A stretch of 64,000 nt of DNA from an uncultured Pseudomonadota bacterium (GCA_963836235.1 CAWIIP010000002.1:192001-256000); one strand, 5' to 3'. Positions 1 through 6,960 are shown, numbered from the stretch's first letter. A program made the numbers and translations. Notes: a model not told the origin generated them from the sequence alone.

Positions 1-160
1 CCGGCGATTTGTTTTGCGTCCACGTTGTCTTTCGCTTCCGGGGGTTCCGGGGGTCACTTCCCGCCGGGCTAGGGATGGGAATAGGGAAGGGGCTGTTCCC
101 TTCCCTTGGGGGGGTCCGGGGGAAACGCCGCCCGGACTACAGGTTTGGGAAACGGTTGAA

Positions 161-580
161 AAGGTTGGGGGATAAATCGGCGGGAACAAAACCTTTAAAA
201 AAAAGCCGAAAGGCTTTTCACCTTATGGGCCAAAAAAGCGACCGGCCTTGGGTCTCACGCCCCTTCCCTCGTCCCCAAATACCGTGGACGGTGAACCAGG
301 CCTCGAACGCTGCCGTTGCACTCTCGCGATTCGTCGCTTAAAGGATTGCCTGACCAGAGCTCCAGGTCATCCGCTCCGCTACTTCCCTTCCGCCAAAAGC
401 ACGCGGAAGTCCCTTAATCATCGTTGCCGGAAAAACCGGCAACCTCGACTTCCGCACCAGGCAGGCCTGCTTGAGGGCAGGCCGCCAAGAATCCTTTTTA
501 CCCGCGCCCCCCTACTCGTTCGTAGAGGGGGGCGCAGTAAAAAGGCGCGAAACCCTCAAATAAAAATGAGGAGGATTCGC
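161..580 (+). repeat. Structured leader element A, copy 1 (upstream of spoVG-like gene 1)
   Basis: Blocks shared with 2902-3316: aaggtt..aaatcRgcgg..aacctt; ggcctcgaacgctg; tcgcgattcgtcgcttaaag; caggtcatccgctccgctRcttcccttccgc; hairpin ctttttac-gcgcccccctac/gtagaggggggcgc-gtaaaaag (493-545); aaataaaaatgaggaggattcg RBS. Confidence 0.85.
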
Positions 581-1000
581 ATGAATCCAAAGATTGAAGT
601 AGAGAAGTTGAATATCGCCAAGAAAGGACAGCAGGTCGGGACGTTCTCCGCTCGGGTGGGCTTCGATGGCGGGTGTGAGGTTACTCTACCCGGTATGAGG
701 ATCGTCGAGGGGGCCAAAGGGACTTTCGTGGATGTTCCGTCAAGGCAGTTCAAGGACGTGGGCTTTGTTCCCTTTTACTACTTGAACAAGGCCTTAAGGG
801 ATTTAATCACGCATGAGGCGCTGGATGCCTACCGCAAAGCGGTGGCGGAAAAGGCGGGTGAGAAACCGACGAGTCCGGCGGTGCCGGCGGCCCCTGCAGG
901 GCCCGCAGTTGCGGCGGTAAAGCCGGAAAGTCCAGTGGTTCCCTCTCAAGCGAAAACGTGGCCACGGAAGGAATGGAAGCCAAACCCGGCAAGGAAATAG
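581..1000 (+). CDS. SpoVG-family nucleic-acid-binding protein with Ala/Pro-rich tail
   Basis: GAGGAG RBS before ATG 581. VTLPGMRIVEGAKGTFVDVPSR...FYYLNKALRDLITHEALDAY matches the SpoVG pattern (IRVIEGxxGLFVAMPS...L.AY). Confidence 0.75.
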   Translation: MNPKIEVEKLNIAKKGQQVGTFSARVGFDGGCEVTLPGMRIVEGAKGTFVDVPSRQFKDVGFVPFYYLNKALRDLITHEALDAYRKAVAEKAGEKPTSPAVPAAPAGPAVAAVKPESPVVPSQAKTWPRKEWKPNPARK

Positions 1001-1005
1001 AAGAT

Positions 1006-1090
1006 AAAAGAAGGGCCCGGGGCCGAGAGGCTCCGGGCTCTTTTTGTTGAAGGGGGAAGGTTTGGAGGGGCGTACTACCCCCTCCAACTT
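1006..1090. terminator. Intrinsic (likely bidirectional) terminator plus a second conserved hairpin
   Basis: A-tract, gggcccggggcc/ggctccgggctc stem, T-tract, then ttggagggg/cccctccaa; the same pair of hairpins recurs at 3742-3825. Confidence 0.75.
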
Positions 1091-1098
1091 TGTCAGTT

Positions 1099-1494
1099 CT
1101 AGGGTTTAGGCTGTTTAGCGAAGGTCTTGTCGAACGACCCTTTCCAGCGAATCCCCTTTACCCGACCTTCCATGATTGCGTCCGCCTTCTCGTCAATTTC
1201 TTTGGCGAGTTTGGGACCGGGTTTATAAAATTTCGTTCCATTGTATTCAAAAAGGAATTTGTTAGATTTACTTCTCAGGCGGGTCTTTTTCGGCAGGTTT
1301 GCCTTATTCGGTTTCTTAGGTTTTGATTTCACGATTTTCCCCCCAACCAAGGCATCCGCCACGTTTTTGAGGGAAGAAAGAATATGTTTCTTATCCCGCC
1401 TGTCGAGGGCGGCGTTTAGATAACCCTTCCTGATTTCAGGGTCTTTTAGTTCCTTCAAAAGAAATTCATGATGATCGACTGTTCGGCCTTTCAT
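1099..1494 (-). CDS. Antitoxin-like protein: HI1420-type antidote N-terminus fused to a short addiction-module-component-like C-terminus
   Basis: GGAGG RBS. DHHEFLLKELKDPEIRKGYLNAAL...LKNVADA resembles the addiction-module antidote N-terminus; C-terminus EIDEKADAIMEGRVKGIRW. Confidence 0.5.
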   Translation of the reverse strand: MKGRTVDHHEFLLKELKDPEIRKGYLNAALDRRDKKHILSSLKNVADALVGGKIVKSKPKKPNKANLPKKTRLRSKSNKFLFEYNGTKFYKPGPKLAKEIDEKADAIMEGRVKGIRWKGSFDKTFAKQPKP

Positions 1495-1533
1495 ATTATC
1501 CTCCGTTGGAAAGCTCCTAAGGCGCAAACACCT

Positions 1534-1872
1534 TTAAAAGTTTACGGTTAAGTCAACGTTCTTAACCAGATCGGAAGCCGTCACCCCCAAGGCCTTGGCA
1601 ATAAGGTCAATTATTCCTAAGGTCGGGCTATAGGTGCTGTTCTCGTTTTCAATATTCAAAACCGTCCGGCTGGAAACACCCGCCTTCTCGGCCAATTCAA
1701 CTTGGGTCAATTTCTTCTTGTTCCGCAACTTAATGAGGTTCCAACCAAGGGAAACCCTTGGGCTCGGATTCTTCAAAGAGGCGTAAAGGTCGGGCCGTCT
1801 TTTCTTAAGGTGTTTAATGTCTTCTTCAATGGAAACTCCCGGCAAAACAATTTTTTTAAAATGTGTTTTCAT
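1534..1872 (-). CDS. XRE/HTH_3 transcriptional regulator (HigA-like antitoxin)
   Basis: LIKLRNKKKLTQVELAEKAGVSSRTVLNIENE...PTLGIIDLIAKALGV is a canonical XRE HTH; lies downstream of a RelE-like gene. Confidence 0.85.
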   Translation of the reverse strand: MKTHFKKIVLPGVSIEEDIKHLKKRRPDLYASLKNPSPRVSLGWNLIKLRNKKKLTQVELAEKAGVSSRTVLNIENENSTYSPTLGIIDLIAKALGVTASDLVKNVDLTVNF

Positions 1873-2160
1873 TTATTCCCCCTCCAATGCTTTTATTTCA
1901 GCTAAGTATTTTTGAATCGCCTCTTTTTCTTTTTCGCGCGGCTCCCCCGCCCTGGTGATATGGGCGGTCAAAATGAAAAGGGCGTGCAACTTAAAAGACA
2001 AATAATAATTCACCACCAAAACCCTTTTTTCTCCCTTTAAAATTTTATCAAAAAAACCAGAACGGTCTTTAGCATAAGCAAGCCCCAAAACCTGGAACCT
2101 TAAAAGGTCAAGCTCTTCCCGGTCCATAATGTTGTCCCGGAAGTTCCGAAAATACGGCAT
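1873..2160 (-). CDS. Degenerate RelE/HigB-like toxin
   Basis: Size, position upstream of an XRE gene, and RVLVVNYYL...LFILTAH...EKEKEAIQK pattern; lacks the GTGGxRK motif. Confidence 0.4.
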   Translation of the reverse strand: MPYFRNFRDNIMDREELDLLRFQVLGLAYAKDRSGFFDKILKGEKRVLVVNYYLSFKLHALFILTAHITRAGEPREKEKEAIQKYLAEIKALEGE

Positions 2161-2184
2161 AAATCCATAAAAACCTCACTTCTT

Positions 2185-2213
2185 ATTATGTGTAGTATCC
2201 TTCATATAGTCAA
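2185..2213 (-). promoter_or_regulatory. sigma70-like promoter of TA cassette 1
   Basis: Minus strand TTGACT-17 bp-CATAAT upstream of a GAGG RBS. Confidence 0.55.
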
Positions 2214-2444
2214 GTACGACAAACTGCGCTCGATAAAATCCTCATAATCCGAATCAAAAACATCCTGGCACTTGAGGCAGTTTCCGGTTTCTTCGTCTAA
2301 CGGGAGGGCGTTGCTTCCGCACGAAAAACAAAACCCCTTGCAAGCGGGGCAGGGTGTCCCCTCTTTTTCGTCGTCCCATCCGTGGCCACATTTCCAAGCG
2401 GAAAAAGGAAAATGGAGTCCTGTTTTAGAAATTTCGTTTATCAA
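2202..2444 (-). CDS. Small acidic Cys-rich (putative Zn-binding) protein
   Basis: AAGGAG RBS before TTG; CGH, CPAC, CFSC, CLKC motifs; acidic tail. Confidence 0.6.
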   Translation of the reverse strand: MINEISKTGLHFPFSAWKCGHGWDDEKEGTPCPACKGFCFSCGSNALPLDEETGNCLKCQDVFDSDYEDFIERSLSYLTI

Positions 2445-2455
2445 ATTTTTTCTCC

Positions 2456-2551
2456 TTAAATCCTTTCTTCTTTGATTAGTTCCAAAAACCTATCGATTTC
2501 CTGGTCGGGAACCCTGAAAAGTTCCTCTATGTTTTTGATCTCTTCGTTCAT
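2456..2551 (-). CDS. 31-aa acidic peptide (absent from the ORF track)
   Basis: AAGGAG RBS, ATG at 2551, MNEEIKNIEELFRVPDQEIDRFLELIKEERI*; its stop overlaps the RBS of the next gene; same position relative to element B as spoVG-like gene 3. Confidence 0.55.
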   Translation of the reverse strand: MNEEIKNIEELFRVPDQEIDRFLELIKEERI

Positions 2552-2557
2552 TTCCCC

Positions 2558-2775
2558 TGCTCCTTCGCTTTTTTTTCGGGGCTTTTAAGTTCCTGCCCCC
2601 ACCGGCACAAGCCGGCGGTGGGGGCAGGAACTTGAAGGGGATTCCGCAGGAAAAATTTGGTTTCAATGCGACAGCAGCGCCGACCTTGCCGACCATGACA
2701 ATTGCGATCTTCAATTGGCGTGGGCGGTGCTTTGCAGTCGGCGCATTTGAAAGGAATTAAATTTTCTTAGGAATA
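2558..2775 (-). repeat. Structured leader element B, copy 1
   Basis: Hairpin aagttcctgcccccacc/ggtgggggcaggaactt; long-range pairs attcc/ggaat, gaaaaattt/aaattttct, gcgccgac/gtcggcgc; homologous to 6961-7245. Confidence 0.85.
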
Positions 2776-2901
2776 GACCATTGGCAAAGCGGGGGCACCT
2801 CGCCCTTTGCCCACAAGGCAAAGGGCGGCGTCTTGGTTGTGCAAACAGCAATAAGCTGTTTGCACATAGGGGCGGGTTGGCCCCGGATGGTTAAATGGAT
2901 G

Positions 2902-3316
2902 AAGGTTACACGCCCGCGAAATCAGCGGTCGGCGAACCTTCTTAGGTATTTTTCGAAGGGACTTAGGCTTTCAACAAGGCCTTAAAACCAAAACCGCGAA
3001 CGGCGATCCGAAACCTCAAGTCAAAGATAAAGAATGCCAACACAGATTCATAAGGAATCAGCAACCGGCCTGGCCCTCCGGGACCCCGGGCAAAATCAGC
3101 CCGGCGGCCTCGAACGCTGTCGGCCTCCTCCTCCGTCGTCGCCTTTCGCGATTCGTCGCTTAAAGCAATTTTCTAACAGGGCTACAGGTCATCCGCTCCG
3201 CTGCTTCCCTTCCGCAAAGGAACATACAAACTTTTTACCGCGCCCCCCTACTCGTTCGTAGAGGGGGGCGCAGTAAAAAGGCGCGAAACCCCAAAATAAA
3301 AATGAGGAGGATTCGA
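2902..3316 (+). repeat. Structured leader element A, copy 2
   Basis: Same blocks as 161-580; hairpin at 3231-3280 nearly identical to 493-545. Confidence 0.85.
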
Positions 3317-3733
3317 ATGAATCCAAAGATTGAAGTTGTGAAGTTGAATATCGCCAGGAAGGGACACCAGGTCGGGACGTTCTCCGTCAAGGTTGGGTTC
3401 GATGGCGGGTGTGAAGTGACGCTACCGGGGATGAGGATCGTCGAGGGTTCCAAAGGAACCTTCGTGGATCTGCCGGCGAGAAAGTTCAAGGAAGGGGGCT
3501 TTGTTCCCTTCTACTACTTGAACAAGTCTTTGAAGGATTTGATCACCAAGGAAGGGCTGGAGAATTACCGAAAGGCCGGGACGGGGAAGCAACCGGAGAA
3601 GGCGGCATTCGCGGTCCCTGCGGCCGCAAGGCCAGCGGCGGCCAGCGCGACCATGGTTTCAAAACCAACGGTTCCTGCTCCGGCGAAAACGTGGCCACGG
3701 AAGGAGTGGAAACCGAATTCATTTAAAAAATAA
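3317..3733 (+). CDS. SpoVG-family protein, close paralogue of 581-1000
   Basis: Near-identical N-terminal ~85 aa and the same AKTWPRKEWKPN tip; GAGGAG RBS. Confidence 0.75.
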   Translation: MNPKIEVVKLNIARKGHQVGTFSVKVGFDGGCEVTLPGMRIVEGSKGTFVDLPARKFKEGGFVPFYYLNKSLKDLITKEGLENYRKAGTGKQPEKAAFAVPAAARPAAASATMVSKPTVPAPAKTWPRKEWKPNSFKK

Positions 3734-3741
3734 AAGAAGGA

Positions 3742-3825
3742 AAATGGCCCGGCTCCTAGAGGAGTCGGGCTTTTTTTGTTTCGCGGGGGGAGGTTTGGAG
3801 GGGCGTCCTACCCTCTTCTAGCCTT
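3742..3825. terminator. Intrinsic terminator plus a second conserved hairpin
   Basis: gcccggctcct/aggagtcgggc followed by T7, then ggtttggaggggcgt, as at 1006-1090. Confidence 0.75.
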
Positions 3826-3833
3826 TTTGGGAT

Positions 3834-4034
3834 TTATTCGGGGTGAACTTCAATTCCCTTCACGGCCCCGCTTTTCATTTCCTTATAACGAACTATGATT
3901 TCTTTATGCTCTTTGGCGGTTGGTTTCCTGAACTTTAAAGGGGCGTTTTTGTAAACAGCCTCAACCAATTCAGCCACCAGCCTCCCAACCTTGGGGACTC
4001 TTGGCCCGTGGGCCGTCTTTTTCATCAGATTCAA
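3834..4034 (-). CDS. Small antitoxin-like (addiction-module-component-like) protein
   Basis: LKFRKPTAKEHKEIIVRYKEMKSGAVKGI, homologous to the 5178 and 1099 C-termini; overlaps the upstream stop. Confidence 0.5.
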   Translation of the reverse strand: MNLMKKTAHGPRVPKVGRLVAELVEAVYKNAPLKFRKPTAKEHKEIIVRYKEMKSGAVKGIEVHPE

Positions 4035-4225
4035 ACTTTAGACAATCGGCGTTCAACTGAGCGCGAGGGCGGCATAAGTTCCTTTTTGCAAACACTTTTT
4101 ATGAACTCATCCGTCTCTTTTCGATGCTTTTGATTAAACTTTACAATTCCCAGACGGTTCATCTCGTTGGAAACTCTCTGTTTCCATTTTCTGACTTCCG
4201 TCAAACTCTTAGGTTCCTTCATCAC
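4031..4225 (-). CDS. Small basic hypothetical protein, possibly an orphan antitoxin
   Basis: GGAGG RBS; MKEPKSLTEVRKWK resembles small partners encoded after PIN toxins. Confidence 0.45.
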   Translation of the reverse strand: MMKEPKSLTEVRKWKQRVSNEMNRLGIVKFNQKHRKETDEFIKSVCKKELMPPSRSVERRLSKV

Positions 4226-4255
4226 CTAACACCTCCAAAGGGGATGGCAATTTAA

Positions 4256-4609
4256 TTAATGTCCTGCCGCTGGAACCAATCCCGTCAATTTACCCGCCAT
4301 TTCGAAAAGAAGCTTTTTTGTTTGGGAGGGGTGAGTTTTTATGCCTTCTGCCCAATAGCCAACCGCCGCCGGAATCGGGTTCTTACCTTGCTCCCATTTC
4401 TTTACCGTTTCCGAACTAACAGCCATGATTCGGGCGAATTGGGGTTGGGAAACCTTCAGAATATTTCTCGCGTCCTTTATATCCTGGCCTGTAGTGCGGA
4501 TGAAAAGGTTTTCGACCTTAACTTTGGCGGGTTTCCCTTGGGCAAATTTGAGACCTTCCCTAAGGCTTTCCCTGAACAATTTCTTTTCTTCCTTTGTTTT
4601 TTTCATCAT
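4256..4609 (-). CDS. higA: HigA2/YiaG-like HTH antitoxin
   Basis: LFRESLREGLKFAQGK...IKDARNILKVSQPQFARIMAVSSETVKKWEQG; 4-bp overlap with the upstream toxin. Confidence 0.8.
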   Translation of the reverse strand: MMKKTKEEKKLFRESLREGLKFAQGKPAKVKVENLFIRTTGQDIKDARNILKVSQPQFARIMAVSSETVKKWEQGKNPIPAAVGYWAEGIKTHPSQTKKLLFEMAGKLTGLVPAAGH

Positions 4610-4998
4610 CGATCCCCTCCCTCTTTCTGGTAGGCTTTTTTTATGCCTTCCGCGGTTTTTTTTAGTTCCTTTAAATCATTGGCGTCTAAATTTAATTTAT
4701 TCCTGTGGTCGTAAATTGAGAACAGGTAAATATCATGTTGAACACGAAAAAGAAGGTAAGTGAATCTAAAGCCTCCGCTTTTCCCGATGTTCCGGCTGGG
4801 TGATTTTGCCCGGCCTTTTATCCATCCTCCCGTACCTTTGATTTCGTCAAGCTTTCCGGATTCAACTTCCAACCTGATACTGTCACGTATTTCCTCGTGT
4901 AATTTGGGCTCCAACCTCACCAATTTTTTAAGGTCGCTCTCATATTGAAGGAGCTTAATGAGGCGGTATTTGATTTTCGAAACGTCAATTTCTTCCAC
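4606..4998 (-). CDS. higB: HigB2/RelE-family toxin
   Basis: IKGTGGWIKGR...GKSGGFRFTY...IYLFSIY motif; GTG start at 4998 inferred from promoter position. Confidence 0.85.
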   Translation of the reverse strand: MEEIDVSKIKYRLIKLLQYESDLKKLVRLEPKLHEEIRDSIRLEVESGKLDEIKGTGGWIKGRAKSPSRNIGKSGGFRFTYLLFRVQHDIYLFSIYDHRNKLNLDANDLKELKKTAEGIKKAYQKEGGDR

Positions 4999-5017
4999 GA
5001 GTACCCTAATCTTTATG

Positions 5018-5055
5018 ATATGGTATCTTATACCATATGTCATATAACAGGTCAA
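5018..5055 (-). promoter_or_regulatory. higBA promoter with overlapping palindromic operator
   Basis: Minus strand TTGACC-17 bp-TATAAG; palindrome atatggtat-ctt-ataccatat at 5018-5038. Confidence 0.7.
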
Positions 5056-5073
5056 CCAATATATTATGAAAAC

Positions 5074-5141
5074 CCGGATACAAAGCCTCCGGCGGGGCCA
5101 TTCCTTTACTTGCCCTTTTCATCGGGAGAGCCTTGTAGACC
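5074..5141 (-). repeat. ~70-bp direct repeat of the 3' end and downstream flank of spoVG-like gene 3 (other copy 6615-6684)
   Basis: Manual alignment gives 5 substitutions and 2 single-base gaps over 70 positions. Confidence 0.9.
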
Positions 5142-5177
5142 CTAGGGCCGCTGTTCTCCTTCGAGGACCATTAGCTC

Positions 5178-5342
5178 TTAAAGTTTCTCCAAGTGTTTGA
5201 TGAGGTCTTGAGAAGAAATCGTCTTGACCTTGCCGCTTTTCATTTCGGCCACCCCACGGCGAATCTCTGCCGCTTCCTTGGGTGAAGGCTTGCTAAACTT
5301 CCAGCCCTTGTGTTCAACGATATCATTTGATTTGTTACCCAC
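5178..5342 (-). CDS. Small antitoxin-like (addiction-module-component-like) protein
   Basis: IVEHKGWKFSKPSPKEAAEIRRGVAEMKSGKVKTISSQDL; GTG start overlapping the upstream stop is inferred. Confidence 0.55.
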   Translation of the reverse strand: MGNKSNDIVEHKGWKFSKPSPKEAAEIRRGVAEMKSGKVKTISSQDLIKHLEKL

Positions 5343-5493
5343 GGCGGTATCTTTCAGGCCGGACTTTTTCATCGGGAATCCAAGTCCCTTCCCGGTCGGC
5401 TTTTGCGGCGGCTTTAACAATCTTCGCATGGGTTTTAGCGTCGGGCTTGGTGAGTTTAAGCCCCATGTGTTCCACCACTACCTTTTTAATCAA
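5335..5493 (-). CDS. 52-aa protein of the same micro-family (absent from the ORF track)
   Basis: GGAGG RBS, TTG start, MIKKVVVEHMGLKLTKPDAKTHAKIVKAAAKADREGTWIPDEKVRPERYRRG*. Confidence 0.55.
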   Translation of the reverse strand: MIKKVVVEHMGLKLTKPDAKTHAKIVKAAAKADREGTWIPDEKVRPERYRRG

Positions 5494-5510
5494 AATCCCC
5501 TCCAACATTT

Positions 5511-5828
5511 TTACTTCTTCTTTCCAAATAGGCGCCGGTACTCCTCGGCGGAAATTCCCTTGCGTTTCTTTCCGTAGCCTTCCGTAACCCTGGCCCCTCC
5601 GTGGAAGATTCCGTAACCAAGTTTCTTTTTCGCCATGGGTTGAATGGCCTCAAGGAAATCCTGCCACTTTGGATCGTGGGCCTTCTGGCCCATTTCGATG
5701 GCGGCCTGAACGGCCCCACGGGCGAAGGATGAGAAGTCCTTCACGCCCAAAGCCTTAAGGGACTCTTCCCAATACTTCGCCTGGGAAGATTTAGCTTTGA
5801 AACGGATCATCACGAATTTTCTTTTCAT
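5511..5828 (-). CDS. Hypothetical protein, possible RHH-type antitoxin
   Basis: N-terminal strand KFVMIRF followed by two helices (FSSFARGAV); C-terminal KGISAEEYRRLFG. Confidence 0.45.
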   Translation of the reverse strand: MKRKFVMIRFKAKSSQAKYWEESLKALGVKDFSSFARGAVQAAIEMGQKAHDPKWQDFLEAIQPMAKKKLGYGIFHGGARVTEGYGKKRKGISAEEYRRLFGKKK

Positions 5829-5894
5829 CCAAAGCCTTTCCTAATAAGAACCTGGCGAATAACTCCAGCCTACCCGCGACTAAAATATTTAAAC

Positions 5895-6296
5895 TTATCG
5901 AATCCACTTCACCTTAATGTCTTTTTCAACGGATTTGAATTCTTTGTCCCCGGTCACGAGGTGGGCGTTTCTCAATTTTGCCGTCGCGGCGGCGTATGCG
6001 TCGGCGTAAGACATCTTATGAGTCCCTTTGAATCGCGCCGCAACAAGGGTCAATTCCCTACCCACGTCCAAAACCTGGATATCCATTTCCGCAAGCGTTT
6101 TTTCATACAGCATCGCTCTTTCTTCCCCGCCCTCCCTAAAAGCCGTGTACCAAACCTCTCCCCAATTCACGATACAAAGGAAAGCCTCGGCGTGGCCGTC
6201 CGCGATTTCATTTAAAACGGAAACAACGACTTCCTTGCCCTCTTCCCCTTCCAAATAGGCCAAAAGGGCGTGGGCGTCCAAAACGTAATGTTTCAA
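5895..6296 (-). CDS. vapC: VapC PIN-domain toxin
   Basis: YVLDAHALLAYL..E, NWGEV, MSYADAYAAATA, LVTGDKEF. Confidence 0.92.
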   Translation of the reverse strand: MKHYVLDAHALLAYLEGEEGKEVVVSVLNEIADGHAEAFLCIVNWGEVWYTAFREGGEERAMLYEKTLAEMDIQVLDVGRELTLVAARFKGTHKMSYADAYAAATAKLRNAHLVTGDKEFKSVEKDIKVKWIR

Positions 6297-6523
6297 AGCT
6301 CGCGCTCAGCTTTCTTTTCTTCCGCCAAAAGCTTTAAAAGCTTGCCCTTGGTCCCGAGAATCCCGCAGTTCTTCCTTATCAAATCCTTGGTCATGGGAAC
6401 CATGCGGATCTCCCCGTCTTTCTCAAAAAATTTGACGGAAGTCCCCTTCTTGATTCCGAATTTTTCCCTGAATTCAGCCGGAATGACTACTTGGCCTTTT
6501 TCGGAAACGTGTGTAATCAGCAT
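6293..6523 (-). CDS. vapB: AbrB/MazE/SpoVT-family antitoxin
   Basis: VSEKGQVVIPAEFREKFGIKKG; GGAGG RBS; ATGA overlap with vapC. Confidence 0.9.
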   Translation of the reverse strand: MLITHVSEKGQVVIPAEFREKFGIKKGTSVKFFEKDGEIRMVPMTKDLIRKNCGILGTKGKLLKLLAEEKKAEREL

Positions 6524-6647
6524 AAAAACCTCCCAAAAGTAAAACATATTTACTATGTAAAACTTATTTATAAGGTACAACTTTATTGAACCGTAGTCAA
6601 ATAAAGACTAATTGCCGGGTACAAAGCCCCCGGCGGGGCCGTTCCTC

Positions 6648-6956
6648 TTACTTGCCCTTTTTCACCGGGAGGGCCTTGTAGACCTTCTCGGCTTCGGGCA
6701 GAACCTCGTCGTTGAGGTTGTTGAAGGGGTAGTAGCACTTGATGAATTCAGGCTTGCCACCTTGCTCCTTCGCTTGCTTGACCTCGTGGATTGCGGAGTC
6801 CACTTTCAACCCCTTATCCGTCTGGACTAGCCGGTAGTTCGGTAGGGTGATAAGCGGCTCACCGTCCACCGACACCGTGACCTTGAAAAATGCCAGGGTC
6901 TTGGTGTCCTCCTTCTTGGTTTTTTTCATGTCCTTCACTTCGATTTGCAGTCCCAT
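6648..6956 (-). CDS. Divergent SpoVG-like protein (third copy)
   Basis: AAGGAG RBS; KTLAFFKVTV...ITLPNYRLVQTDKGLKV...CYYP...EAEKVY fits the SpoVG layout. Confidence 0.6.
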   Translation of the reverse strand: MGLQIEVKDMKKTKKEDTKTLAFFKVTVSVDGEPLITLPNYRLVQTDKGLKVDSAIHEVKQAKEQGGKPEFIKCYYPFNNLNDEVLPEAEKVYKALPVKKGK

Positions 6957-6960
6957 GACT

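Noticed and set aside
248-580. N-terminal extension of ORF 248-1000, and similar ORFs 3034-3261, 2490-2714 and the 6957-7040 extension
   Set aside because: They run through the conserved non-coding elements; frames differ between copies and strong RBSs mark the downstream starts
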